Assembly: GCA_000320545.1 (NCBI GenBank)
Contig: ADNK01000906.1
Location: 1-44,612 of the forward strand
DNA from: Bigelowiella natans CCMP2755
Taxonomy: Eukaryota; Protista; Cercozoa
DNA length: 44,612 nt
Direction of reading: 5' to 3'
Both the position numbers and the translations under genes were made by a program. The notes beneath the pieces were generated by a model that made no database searches, was not told the DNA's origin, and saw nothing but the letters and a program-made list of their open reading frames with translations. Shown here one piece after another: positions 27,846 to 39,881 of this stretch. The first letter of the stretch is position 1; the number at the start of each line of letters is the position of its first letter.

Positions 27846-27879
27846 CATAATCTTATATCAAAGTTATACCTTCATTAAT

Positions 27880-28400
27880 TACATAATGCACGTGGACCGG
27901 GTCTGATTGTTGAACTGCATGGCGCTAACGTGGAAATTATTATTTGCCCTGCGGCTGACATGCACCAAAAAATATCGTGTCTCGGTGCTGGTACAAGTGT
28001 AGCTAGCAAGCGCCTTAAAATTGTACTTCATTATTAGTTTTTATAGCACCAAAATTGTGCGCCACGCTACGCTGTTTTATCCATTATAATCATTGACGAT
28101 AAGCATCGTCTATTTAGCTTGAGAATGGTGGCACGGCCTATCTAGCTATGCGTGCAATCAACACACACTTACTCTTATTCATATTGCTTAGACATCTAAA
28201 CATGGTAGTGCAATAGTGATGCCTCTCGCGTATGCATATACCCTCGGTACACGCGATGATGGAATAATCTAAATAATGTGTAATAGCTAGATAGCGTTTA
28301 ATTTACATAACGGTATGACAGCAATGCTATACTGAATGCATAACATAGTGTTTACGATGCATTCATCTCTAGGCATTGCAGCGAGAATCGGTAGCTGTAA
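27880..28400. terminator. Convergent-gap domain C
   Basis: Between the Tudor-protein stop (+) and the ABC1 kinase stop (-). GGCCTATCTAGCTATG at 28135-28150 is identical to 9962-9977; ATAGCTAGATAG at 28283; AGCTAGCAAG at 28001. Confidence 0.4.
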
Positions 28401-28401
28401 C

Positions 28402-29142
28402 TCAGTTCTTGATCTCATAAGAAATGTCAGAGCGAGCAGGTGCAGAAGACGTAGCCCCATGTTCCAATGACGATCTAGACGAATACAATTCAGAGCTGGC
28501 TGTAAGCGGCATGCCGCTACCCTTCCCCTTCCCGCAGTCGCGGGTTCTATCCGTAGGTAGTAGAGTGTCTGAATAACGAGCGCCCCATTTCTCAGCGAGG
28601 CTGTAGTCGTGGATGCCAAGAGTGAATGCCAGCCCCCGTATTATCTGGACGAAGTACACACACAGCAGAAACATAGTCAAAAATGACGACTAAACACCAA
28701 CTCCATGTTGTCGGTTAGCCGTGTGCGTGCTTGTCTAGTTGTGCCGGTGGTATTAGCATAAACTGAAGCCATTGCGACGTTAAATAACACAAACCTGTAC
28801 CGTCCTGAGGACGAGAAAAAGATTCTTTGGCAGGCTTTCCACAGCATTGTGGTGGAGGGTGCAATTAGGATTGAACAGATTCATCTCGTCGCCTTCATAC
28901 TGCACACATCCGAATCAACGTGTGTGACAAAATAAGCTCGCGATGATAACGATAATGATGATGATGATAATGATGATGATGATGATGCTGTGTTGTATGT
29001 GTTTAGCACAGTACACGGTATCATCACATACACCACCTTCTTCGTATCGAACATGGTCCGTGCAAGCACGATCACCGTGGCTGTATCCGAGGCATTCTCA
29101 ACCTAATATGTTATCAAACCACTGACTTCTTGTTGATCATAG

Positions 29143-29184
<42 letters not shown>

Positions 29185-30072
29185 CGGAGAACGTTCAGAA
29201 GAAGAGATAGAGGATGCACAAAATGAAGGGAGAGGCACACATCTCATCGTGTAAACATGCTGCCACTCTCACCCGTATTCCAAGGTTGTGGAAATCTGCT
29301 GCTATCTCCGCCCCCTCACCTATAACAACATTTGCATGTTGGCGTAACGCATAGAAACCACAATTTCCGGTTGCTTTCACTTGGAACGTCACGTATGTAG
29401 CTGCATGATGCAAATCATATGTACGGGGGGGGGAGGGTGCCCAGCCAAGCTTCGTAGTCACAAGAGAGCACCTACCTTTTGTGCGAGCGATGCTGACGAA
29501 AAGTCGCCCAAGTTTATGACGGAAGTCATCGTCAATCCTGCGTTTACATCAAATGTAGATGTTGATGGCGGATCGAACAGCGTGAACGACAGTAATACAA
29601 CACGTGTTACGTCTTACATAATGCTTTACCTTTTCACCTGCCCCCAGTCAATCACCCCAAGATCGAAGCTTCCGGGGGGGACAAACGGAACCCAGTTGAG
29701 AAATTGCAACCAACCGCTGTATTTCTGTATAGTTACCATTTCATCATCATCATCATCGTCGTCGTCGTCGTCGTCGTCATCAACACCCACCCTCACCATC
29801 ATCGGCATTGCTCACCACTGCTTAAGGTTCAGAAGGTCAAAGAGAGGACGTCACAACATAACGAAAAGCTAGTGATTGAGGAGACTATAATATCTAGCGA
29901 ATGTAAACAATCTACCATTGACAACACAATTGGACACCGCACATCAGCATCATGCATGCTATATTGGGGGAAAGTAATTAGTAGTACATTGGGTATGATG
30001 AGGATGTTTCCTGGGTGAGGGTCAGCATGGAAGAAACCATCTTCCATCACCATCATGCCCCACAACCTGCAC

Positions 30073-30116
<44 letters not shown>

Positions 30117-31137
30117 CATATTGTACGCGACGAGCAGCGGCAAGGGATGGGTGTATATACCAGCAGTAAGAACATAAATGAGCGATGAAATCGATTACTA
30201 CTCACACCCACAGATGAAAAAGAAGGAAATGGCAAGTCTTGAGCAGCAGCTACCAATTCAACCAAAATTCTCATCCCAACACAACGCCACCGCCTCCCCG
30301 CAGTCACCATCACGGCATTATTAATCAGCCCTCCACTGAGAAGAGCCCGACGATGCTTTGCCCCGAGCGTGGCGGTCGCTCAGTGCCCGGGCAAGGAATC
30401 GTCGGTGCAACTTCTGCGAGTTTCAATATGTTTTCTTCCAATGCAAGGGGCAGAGTTCTGATTCGTACTGGGCCATTCTGTCGACGATCTCCCTCCCAGC
30501 CCTTAGTCTTAGGGAATTGCTGCTGCTGCTGCTGCTGGTGGTGGTGGTGGTGATGGTGCTATAGATCTCATTGTCATCATCGTTGTTGGTCCTTGTACCA
30601 TCTGCTTCAACAGCGGATGGTGCTTTTTGCTGCTGCAATGGATCGTGAGATTCGAGGGTGGCTGGTGTGATATGATCAGGAGGACTAGAAGTGGAGGATG
30701 GAGAAGATGAGGAAGACGAAGAAGAAGAAGAAGAAGAAGAAGAAGAGGAGGAGGAGGAGGAGAGCCCTGGTGGTGATGATGATAATTGTTGGTAGCGAAG
30801 CTTCTTGTCCTCGTTATTGTTTTTGCTTGCAAGAGAACTGAGGGGCAGCCCTTCAAGCATCGTCATCGTCACCATTCGTTTGGTTACCATCCTGGTCGTG
30901 ATATAAGAAGAAGAGACGAGGGAGGAGGAGTGGAAGAAGAGGGAGAAGGAGAGGAGGAAGACGCAGAAAGAGGCATACAATAAGCGAAATTGCTATCAGG
31001 AGCGCCTCGAATTCTACCCTGAAATAGGAGTCGGTATTTGCACGTTTTTAGCCCTGCCGGACAGCCTTTCCGCAGCCTCACTCTGTCGGGGTGAACGAAT
31101 GGAAGGATGAGGCTCATCAAAGATATACACACGCATA

Positions 31138-31172
<35 letters not shown>

Positions 31173-32790
31173 TCATATGGAGGTGGATGCTCTTCGATGT
31201 TTACTGCTATTGCGCATGGACGACCATAGTTCTTGCCTCTTTGCGAAAGTCTAACTCCTCGAGAATCTGCTTCTGTGAGAGTAACAACAGATAATAGTTA
31301 GGAAGTCTTATTGTTTTAGCCATTGTATTCCTCTTCCTCCTCCTCCTCCTCCTCCTTCTTCTTCCATCCGATAATAACCATATCCCTTGTCTTTGTTATT
31401 CGCACACCTTCAGCTCCACCACTGCTGTAGACAAGTCAAATTTGACTTCGCCTGCAACGAGTTAAAGGGATGATAATCATTATTCGTTTTATAAAAAACA
31501 GCGGATGCAGACAAACACACTCACTCACTCACTCACACATATAGATCTGAGGGAGGGGGGCGAAGAGGTATCGATTTAATTGCACCTGTTTTGCTAAGGA
31601 AGGCCGAGATGATTTTAAGACATTCTGACGATATATACCCAGGTATTGATGAGAGAAGGATGAGGAAGAGGAGGGGGGAGGGGGGTGAAATGTAGAAGAT
31701 CGCAGAGAGAATCATAACGAGGACGTAACACAACTAAAGAAACTGAACTACTAGTAACTATCACTTCTCAATAAGAACACGCACGCACACACACACACAC
31801 ACGTGTTGTGTGTGTGTTAAGAGTTTTCCATAGATCTAGTACCTAAATCCAGCTGCATGAGCTCCTCCGCCTCCGGGTTCTAAAGGAGGATGGCGATTGA
31901 CGAGAATAAGTAGGTATTGAGGGGAAAGCAAATCCACTGTCGAGGAAGTATTATTCGCTTTATTTCAATTCGTGCGGAGCTGGTGTTTTAGGAAATGTTC
32001 ATGACTCCGTATATCATCAACCTGCAGCTTAATCGCCACAGGTGTGCCGTCGTGCAGCCGACCTGAGTGGACCTTTAGAATAGAATTTATTCCAGGAGGA
32101 GGGGGGGGTTCTATTTAGGAGCGAAAACTAGAGAAAACTTCCATCAGCATCATATCACCAATCTCTACCTGTGCAATAGAAGCAGATCCCAGCGGACGCT
32201 CAAAGTCGATATCGGTAAACACGTCCTGCCACGCCTTGTCCCCCCGTTGAATCAATCCAGAACTTGAAGCGGGCTTGCTGTCACCCTGGAAGCAAAGGCC
32301 CAGCTCTCGATTCAGAAGACTCCTGAGAAGTAAGTAAATCGTTACCTCGAAGAAATGAGTACAAAGTCTTTCAGTGTACGGCAAACTAGGCATGCTGTTC
32401 TCTCGTCAGAGCATTGAACGAGGGAATCCATCGCTACTATTGGAGATATGGATAATTCTCTTCATAGTAGAGATACTAGCGGCGTGTATAGAGAATCAAT
32501 TGCAACGTTTACTGCTCATCATTCAGAAATCTCTCTTCCTCCTACTCGATATCCTTTGCTGTGATAGCGGGAACATCGTCGCACAGCACGCCAAGCTTCC
32601 TGCAGTAGATCTGAGGCATAAAGTCCTACACACACACACGCGCGCGCGCGCGCGCGCAGCAGCCAAATTCCGATTAGCACAGCATCCGAACAGTGGTTAA
32701 TCGATACGATATGGCGCCAGTCGCTGTTGTATACTACATTACAGAGACCAAAGTACTCACCTTCCTTGTCGAGAGGAACTGGCCTGCCTA

Positions 32791-32837
<47 letters not shown>

Positions 32838-33107
32838 GCACGTACGCTCAGTCACTAGGATGATAAACATGAAGAGGTTAAGGCAAGCAAGAGGAAGAAA
32901 GAACGAGGGTACGAGGAGCAAAGAATTGCGTATTTCGTCATCGCATCGAATGGCCAGAACAAGCGGGCACTACTTTACCTTCACAAAGAACCCACGCATG
33001 TCGAGGCATAAGCTCAGCATCCCTGTAATGATGATGATGATGATGATGCTGATGATGATATTGATGATAGTGATAAAAGACGGTGAACTACGATGTTGTA
33101 TTTGTGT

Positions 33108-33151
<44 letters not shown>

Positions 33152-34114
33152 AGAGACATATGTAACACAATCTATGGCTGGCACGACAAGAAGGGTATGT
33201 CTACGGTGTGGCAGCAGCAGCCGCCGCCATACGATCGGAATTGAGGTCATGTAGTTTGCCCATGAGCTCCTTCCTCTTTGTGAGGTCCCCTTTGCACTTG
33301 AGGGATACCGCTATCTACTCAAGGAAGATGATCATGATGATGAGTTATAACTGTTAGTTGGTTTCGGTTGGCAATAATGATGACGATGGTGGCTACTCTC
33401 TCTCTCTCTGCGCGCTTTATATTTTGCCAGAGTCTACTGCCTTCCCTTCTCTTTCTCTAAATCGTGTGTCCTCATCAACGATGTTTCCGCCCTCTCCCCG
33501 CACAACCACGTACATGCACACACACGCACTACTCACCGTATTAGCCTTATAGCTGCAGTAGATGGTAGCTGCTCGCCGAAAGACCTCCCCCACGCGTTTC
33601 GCTTTACTAAACTCGCGTCCTTTCATATGAGAAGACAGGGGAGGAGGAGCTAAGAATAAACAATTCCTACTGGCGTTCATGATAACGATTCGAATTTGTG
33701 AAATGTTGTTTTCCGAAGAGCAAAGCTTTATCTCTCTCTCTCTCACTCTTTCTCTCTCTCCGCCCCCCCCCCCAAATAGATGGAAAAGTATAACAATTCG
33801 TAGGGTTGCTTCCGATACGCCACACATACGTCGAGCGGATTTCATCTCCCACCCGCCGTTCTTTTCATACCTCATAGCTTTATTTTTTTAATGTGGTATG
33901 GTGTTACTATGCTACCACCTGCAGTGTCTTTCCAATTGCGAAGATGTTGCTGTATTGGGTGCTGGTGAGAAGGGCTGTTGGGAGGACTCGAGCTCATCGT
34001 CGTCGAAGAAGCGAGACGTTGAGCGGCGATCGCTGCAGGAGATGCTGTGGTGACGGCCGACTCTAAAGTCGCAGCATGAGCTGCTCTCCCCGATATCATC
34101 CTTGCAAGATTCAT
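28402..34114 (-). CDS. ABC1/UbiB (ADCK) atypical protein kinase, many exons
   Basis: Spliced motifs: LDMRGFFVKAGQFLSTRKDFMP, LCDDVP, FERPLGSASIAQVHSGRLHDGTPVAIKLQ, EELDFRKEA, DGFFHADPHPGNILI, VIDWGQVK, LVLRTVQIIRGL. Ala/Ser-rich N-terminal extension from ATG 34114. Confidence 0.92.
32793..32836. repeat. (CA)n(CG)n alternating purine-pyrimidine tract
   Basis: cacacaca...cgcgcgcgcgcgcgca in an ABC1 kinase intron; similar tracts at ~32628-32658 and ~43366-43393. Confidence 0.9.
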
Positions 34115-34541
34115 GAATGGTGTGTCGCCCTAAAACACGAAGCGGGAGGAAAGAAAGTCGTTGTTATTACATCATTACGTCATATCCATATTTCTGTATA
34201 TTCATACGCATGCGGTGCTTCAGGTCTTTCTTTATAAAAGATGAGTAAGAGGGTCTGTGAAGGGTGACATTCGCTCAAGAGGTTCGGACGTGTTCGACGA
34301 TGACATTACATATCTAACAAAACCATTACATCTGCTACTTACCTCGAGGGGAAGATCGGTGCTGCTCACACCTGGCTGCAGCCACTGTATAGTAGCAAAA
34401 GATACCCCCGCATTCCCCAAAAATGCAACACAACACGTCAGCTATGCCCAGCTTCGCCACCAAAAGCGACACGAGTTGAAGGAAAGAGATTTGCTCTGAG
34501 ACGTAAACTCACATCGATGTGTGACACTCACCGTGAGCATA

Positions 34542-35862
34542 ATGCAGATGAAAAGGCAGGTTGCGGCCATCGCTCTCGACGCCATCCGAACCGGTGAGCC
34601 CTCTCGCGGCTCCGCCTCTCCTCAGCGTTTCGTTCCACCCCCTGCTGTCAGCATTGTAGTGTCATCGTCAGGGCAGATGATCTCTCTCTTTCTCTTATGC
34701 TTTTATTGCTAGTGCTCCCTTAAAGCTGCTGGTCCGACCCTGCGATTTTCGCCTGCGACAAGGGGAAAATCCATTCCGACGAAGAAATGCCCGAAGACAC
34801 GCCAGGGTGTGCAGATTCGGATTGGGGCAATAACAACAATAATACCAGGGATTGCCCTCTCTTAGTTGACATTGCCGGAGCTCCCAGTGACTTGCAGAAA
34901 AAACACTGCGTTTACGGAACTGCGACAAGGAAAAGAGTTGGATATTTTTGATTTTTTAGGATTTTTCGGGTCGATTTGTTGGGATCTACAGTGCTCTACG
35001 TCGCTGTGGAGTCTCAAGCTCCAAGCTACACTCCTTCCGGCCCCCCCCGCCAAGAGGATGTGGACACGCGTCGTGACCGCCTTGGTCGCCCAGAACAGGG
35101 TATTTATTTATCAGATGCGCCCCCACCCCCCAAAGGGGACATAGTCCTTCTTCGTCTCGCTTCCCATATATTCTTCGCCTTCCTCAGTCCGTCTCCGCGC
35201 AATCTTTCTGGCGCAACGCGCCCTTGTTTTTCAGTACGGCTCGATTCTGGGGTTCTTCCTGCTTTCCAGCATCTGCTTTATAAATCGGTTAGTTGATTGC
35301 ATCCCCCCTCCAGACATTTCTACCATTATTATGATAAATCTCTCCCCCTCCACCCGCTGTTTCGCTTCAGGATCTTAATGACAGTAGAGGGCTGGATATT
35401 TCCTGGCATTGCCAAGATTTCCCTGGATGATAATGTAATAATGCTGACACAGCAAATCCGTACTTTTAGTTCCAGCTTGAGAAGACCGTAAATTACGATG
35501 AATGAATGGGAAAAGAAGAAGATGTTCTTTCTAATTCGTCAGGTTGTATTCGTGATAGGACACCAGAGAAGTGGGACAACTAGTGTAAGCAGCTCCTCAA
35601 TATCATCACCGTCATCCTTGTCACCATAGCCGCTGTTACATAATTCATGGTCGGGTTTCATTGTCGCTTATAAGGCATTGTTCCACAGATACAAACAGCT
35701 CTCTCCGAGGGGGACAACGTCATTGAAAGCACAAACTTCGATTGTATCTGTCCTTCATTGATACTCAAAGTAAGTGCTGTCGGAATGCAGAAATAACAAA
35801 AAGTGTCATAAATATGATGATGATAATGAAGATTGTAGTACTGTGCAAGAGAACAATCTCTC

Positions 35863-35933
<71 letters not shown>

Positions 35934-35961
35934 AATGAAATTCTATTTTATGTATAATATT

Positions 35962-36009
<48 letters not shown>

Positions 36010-37047
36010 AATGTCATCGACCAGGTTTTGTTGGCGCCTTCAGCTATCATAATCAATTTCATCGTGATGAAGTTGTTCGACACGCCTAACCACAGGTAGA
36101 GAAGAGCTCAGTGGGAGAAATAGAGTTGAAAGAAAATAGTAGTAATAATATTGGCAGGAGACCTTTCTCATATTATCATCATCATTATCATCATCGTCAT
36201 CGTCATCGTCATCGTCATCATCATATTCCTCCACAGGGTAGGATTGAACGAGCCGTTGGAAGAGCATTTATGGCTACTGCACCATGTATTATGAACAGCC
36301 TATAGAGATCAAAGTCAGCAGATCGCTGAGAATCTTACGCTCTGTGGTGATTGTATGTGGTAGTTTTTCGGGGAGGCCTTGCCTTCCGTTATGTTTCCCT
36401 CGCTTTCCCAGGATGAAAAGATTCTTGAGGCGGTACCTTCAATAATACTACTACTACTACCACTACCACTACTACTTACTACTGCTGCTGCTGCTACCCA
36501 TCCACAGTCGCAACAACTACATAGAATCATCTAAGTTTTTTAGAGTGGCTAGGTTGGATGGGGAGTAACGTCATTTGGGTGTTGTTGTTTAAGTGCGGGA
36601 TGGTTGGTGCGTCGTCATGTGTCGTTCGTGATTTGTTGCTGCTCCTTCCTTTTCCTCTTGCAAGAGCATCGCAGTGGAAGACTGGCATTTCGATTTTGTT
36701 AAAGACTGCATGAGGAGAGTCATTTACTTCAAGCAAATGAAGGAGATGATGATGAGGATGTACGTGACGTCGTTCAGACTAGGAGAGAAGGATGGGCGGG
36801 GGCGGGGGGCGGGGGAGGGGGAGGTTGATCACTTTTGAACATAGTTATTCATTTATCACTTTTTACAATGCTCACTATGAACCTAGCCATTATTCTCCCT
36901 CGCCCCCTCCTTCAGGGTCGCTCAATCCCCCAGGCGTGAGAAGACGAAGATGGTATATGTTGGAAAACCGCTGCTGTTCACTTTGCATATGGATGCGCTT
37001 CGGAGAAATTTTCCAAAGGCGAAGCTGGTAGGTGCATTACCCTCCGC

Positions 37048-37099
<52 letters not shown>

Positions 37100-38679
37100 A
37101 TCCTTTGTTGTCGTTCCTCTCCCTCTGCATTGATTGATGCTGCTGGCGATGCTACGACAGGTCTTATGCATCCGCAACCCGTCATCGACTCTTCCGTCCT
37201 ACATCGACTTCATCAGTGCGATAACCTCGGTCCCCCCAGACGACAAAGTGTTCCGTGACAGATTCATGTCGCTTTTCAAGTATTAAGATATAAGTGGGGG
37301 GAGATACGAGAGAAAAAAAAACCAATGCTGTGGCTGTGAAAGAAGGAGAGTTGCGTGTATACGCCAAGAAGAGGAGGAGGAGGAAAGTTGTGATAGTAAT
37401 AGTACTTGCCTCACGTAAATGATTACCGTGGTGCTTTCGTCGGCGCTAAATAACCACAAACACCACCTTCAGGGTTTATAGTGTGCCGTTGCTACGTCGT
37501 TTGGCTATGGAGGTTACAGCAGCATCAGCAGCATCTGGTAGAGTGTTGTTTATGTGTCTTCTTATACCATTTGCTTCGGTTGATAGCTTCAGCGCAAAGG
37601 GGAGAGAAGGGGGATAATATATTTGCGTGTGCATTTTTTTAACTCTCGTCATCTTCCCCGCCCCCCCACTTTTGTCTTCATTCATGTGCAGGCAAGCAAA
37701 GCAGTGATGCCAGTGGCAAGATGCTCCTGCGGTTTTCCGAATGGAAAAAAGAGCCGCATAAAGCGGTATAATTCCCGTTACACTAAACACTAAAATCATA
37801 TGTTGTTAAGGCGGAGCTCCTACATCATCACATGATTTGATATTTCTATATGTTTTTGTGTGTAGATGAAGCGTATGTGTGACTGGACGGGGATTGTGGA
37901 GGGGAAAACAGCAAAGACTGTGGCCGGCACATTGCCAGACGATAAGAAAGCGTCGTCTTTGTCTTCGTCGCAGGTAGAAGGGAAGGAGACAGAACAGCAT
38001 CTCCTTGAGCCCTCCACACAATCAAACAGCTTACACCGATTCCTACGTTTTCCTTTTTTCCCTTACTTATGCTACGTTTGCCCCTGCTACTATTTCACGA
38101 ATTAAGAGAATACATATTCCCTTAGAATGAGAAATAGTGTTTTCCTTACCTGCTAAATTTGAGCCACGCTTGGCTTCGATGAACCGCCTCTGATTCGCAA
38201 TTTCCTGCGACACGACTCGCGCGTCCTTAAAGTCACGTTGCAAAACTAATAAAAATCGGCGTTGTTGAGAATATGAAGGAATCGTAAGCGAATTAATCCG
38301 GTCAATTTGGCGGAAATCTTATCTTAGGACCTGCGATTTAAGAAGAAGGAAAAGCACAAAAACAGGAAAGCGAGTTTCGAGCTTATCCCCGAGAACAAAA
38401 TGCAGGAATATCTTGGTATTGAAGATAGCATATTAACATTCTATATCAATTTATTTCTTTTTGATTTGTCCAAGAATATTGACTTTCCTCGACGAAGGGT
38501 ACAGTGTAAAGTAGAAGGATTTCGATCGAAAATGATTGAACAATATTGTGTGATTATAGTATTTTTTGCCCATGATGCGCTCAGTAGTATTGTGTTCTAA
38601 ATCTGCTGCTGATGTTCTTTCAGGGAAGGCGTTTGACATCTTACAAAAGTACGATGAAGACGGAACAGTTCCACAATAA
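34542..38679 (+). CDS. PAPS-dependent sulfotransferase (Sulfotransfer_3 / Stf3-like); 5' exons uncertain
   Basis: 5'-PSB motif after splicing: EGWIFPGIAKISLDDNVVFVIGHQRSGTTSIQTALS. Later exons HRVGLNEPLEEH and YVGKPLLFTLHMDALRRNFPKAKL. Terminal exon GKAFDILQKYDEDGTVPQ* ends at 38679. Confidence 0.8.
35965..36007. repeat. (AG)n microsatellite
   Basis: Pure AG run in a sulfotransferase intron. Confidence 0.95.
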
Positions 38680-38699
38680 GTGGTGTCGGTGTCACACAT

Positions 38700-39085
38700 C
38701 ATGCCACACATGCTGTTCGAGGTTGCATGTAGGCTTACTAAGCAACTAACCGTCGTGCTACATTAATATATCCATGCCTCACCAATGGCGTGCACAGCAC
38801 TGCTCACTATCTAGATCATCATAAAGGCTATAAATTGCGCACATCTTAATAAATTTGGACGCAACAGCAGATGGCACATTGAATACTAGCCGGTGAAATT
38901 ATGTGTGAGTAGCAGTGATAGAGCCATAGCATGTCATAACATGCGTTATAGCGTCCCAGCTGCTCTGCATGCTTGCACGCGCGCGACATTCGCACCTTGC
39001 TCGCAGCGACCCGTGCGCCAAGCTAGCAAGGCATCAACGTATGTGTGAGAGTGCATGTTGGACTCCGACGTACGAACATCTCGCG
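38700..39085. terminator. Convergent-gap domain D
   Basis: Between the sulfotransferase stop (+) and the SIM-protein stop (-). CTATCTAG core at 38807, AGCTAGCAAG at 39021, many GCATG/TGCA/GCGC words. Confidence 0.33.
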
Positions 39086-39091
39086 GCACTA

Positions 39092-39844
39092 TTAGAATCT
39101 AAATACTTTCATGCTGTGGGTGCTGGTATGCGGCAATGATTGAGTCTTTTTGTTGCCACTCTGCTGGTTAATTCTACCGCTGATCCTTCTCCGTCGCCGT
39201 GTTTCTCCCAAGTGTAGTTCTTCTTCTCGTCGCCGTCGCCGTCGAGTTCCTTCTATGTTGCTACTGTCACGGCGTCTCTTGCTGCTGGGTTCATTATGAC
39301 TATGCGCACGACGAGTGCGATCGTGATGATGACGAGGATGATGATGACGGCGGCGGCGAGGGTCACGATCATGGTTACGCAACCCATGGCGGATACGAAT
39401 GCTGTCATCATTTTCATCATCATGAACGTTGTGCTTCGCTGAGTCATCGGTTGTCAGATCTATCACTTCTGAGACGCTGCAGGTAGCCAGGGAAGGAGGC
39501 AACGACGACGACGACGACGAATTTGATTGCACTACTTCTTGTGCGAGCGTTAATGATGTCTCTGAGATAAGGATTTTTAAAAAAAAGGAATAATAATGAT
39601 TTGATTGATTATCGTGACGATTATATAACAATGGTGATGGCCTAGGTAATATTAATGCAACTAACATTTTCAAAACACGCAAAAAGCGAAACTCGTGTTG
39701 TGTTTAAGTTCAATCCATTACGGAGAAACCGAGTATTCATATGTTTCTGGCTACAGAGAGCAACCGGAAAGCATAGAAGATTTGATTCAATTGGCAAAGG
39801 TTTGTTGACTGAGAACGAGGTTTCATTCTTTAGCACTCTTAATG

Positions 39845-39881
<37 letters not shown>

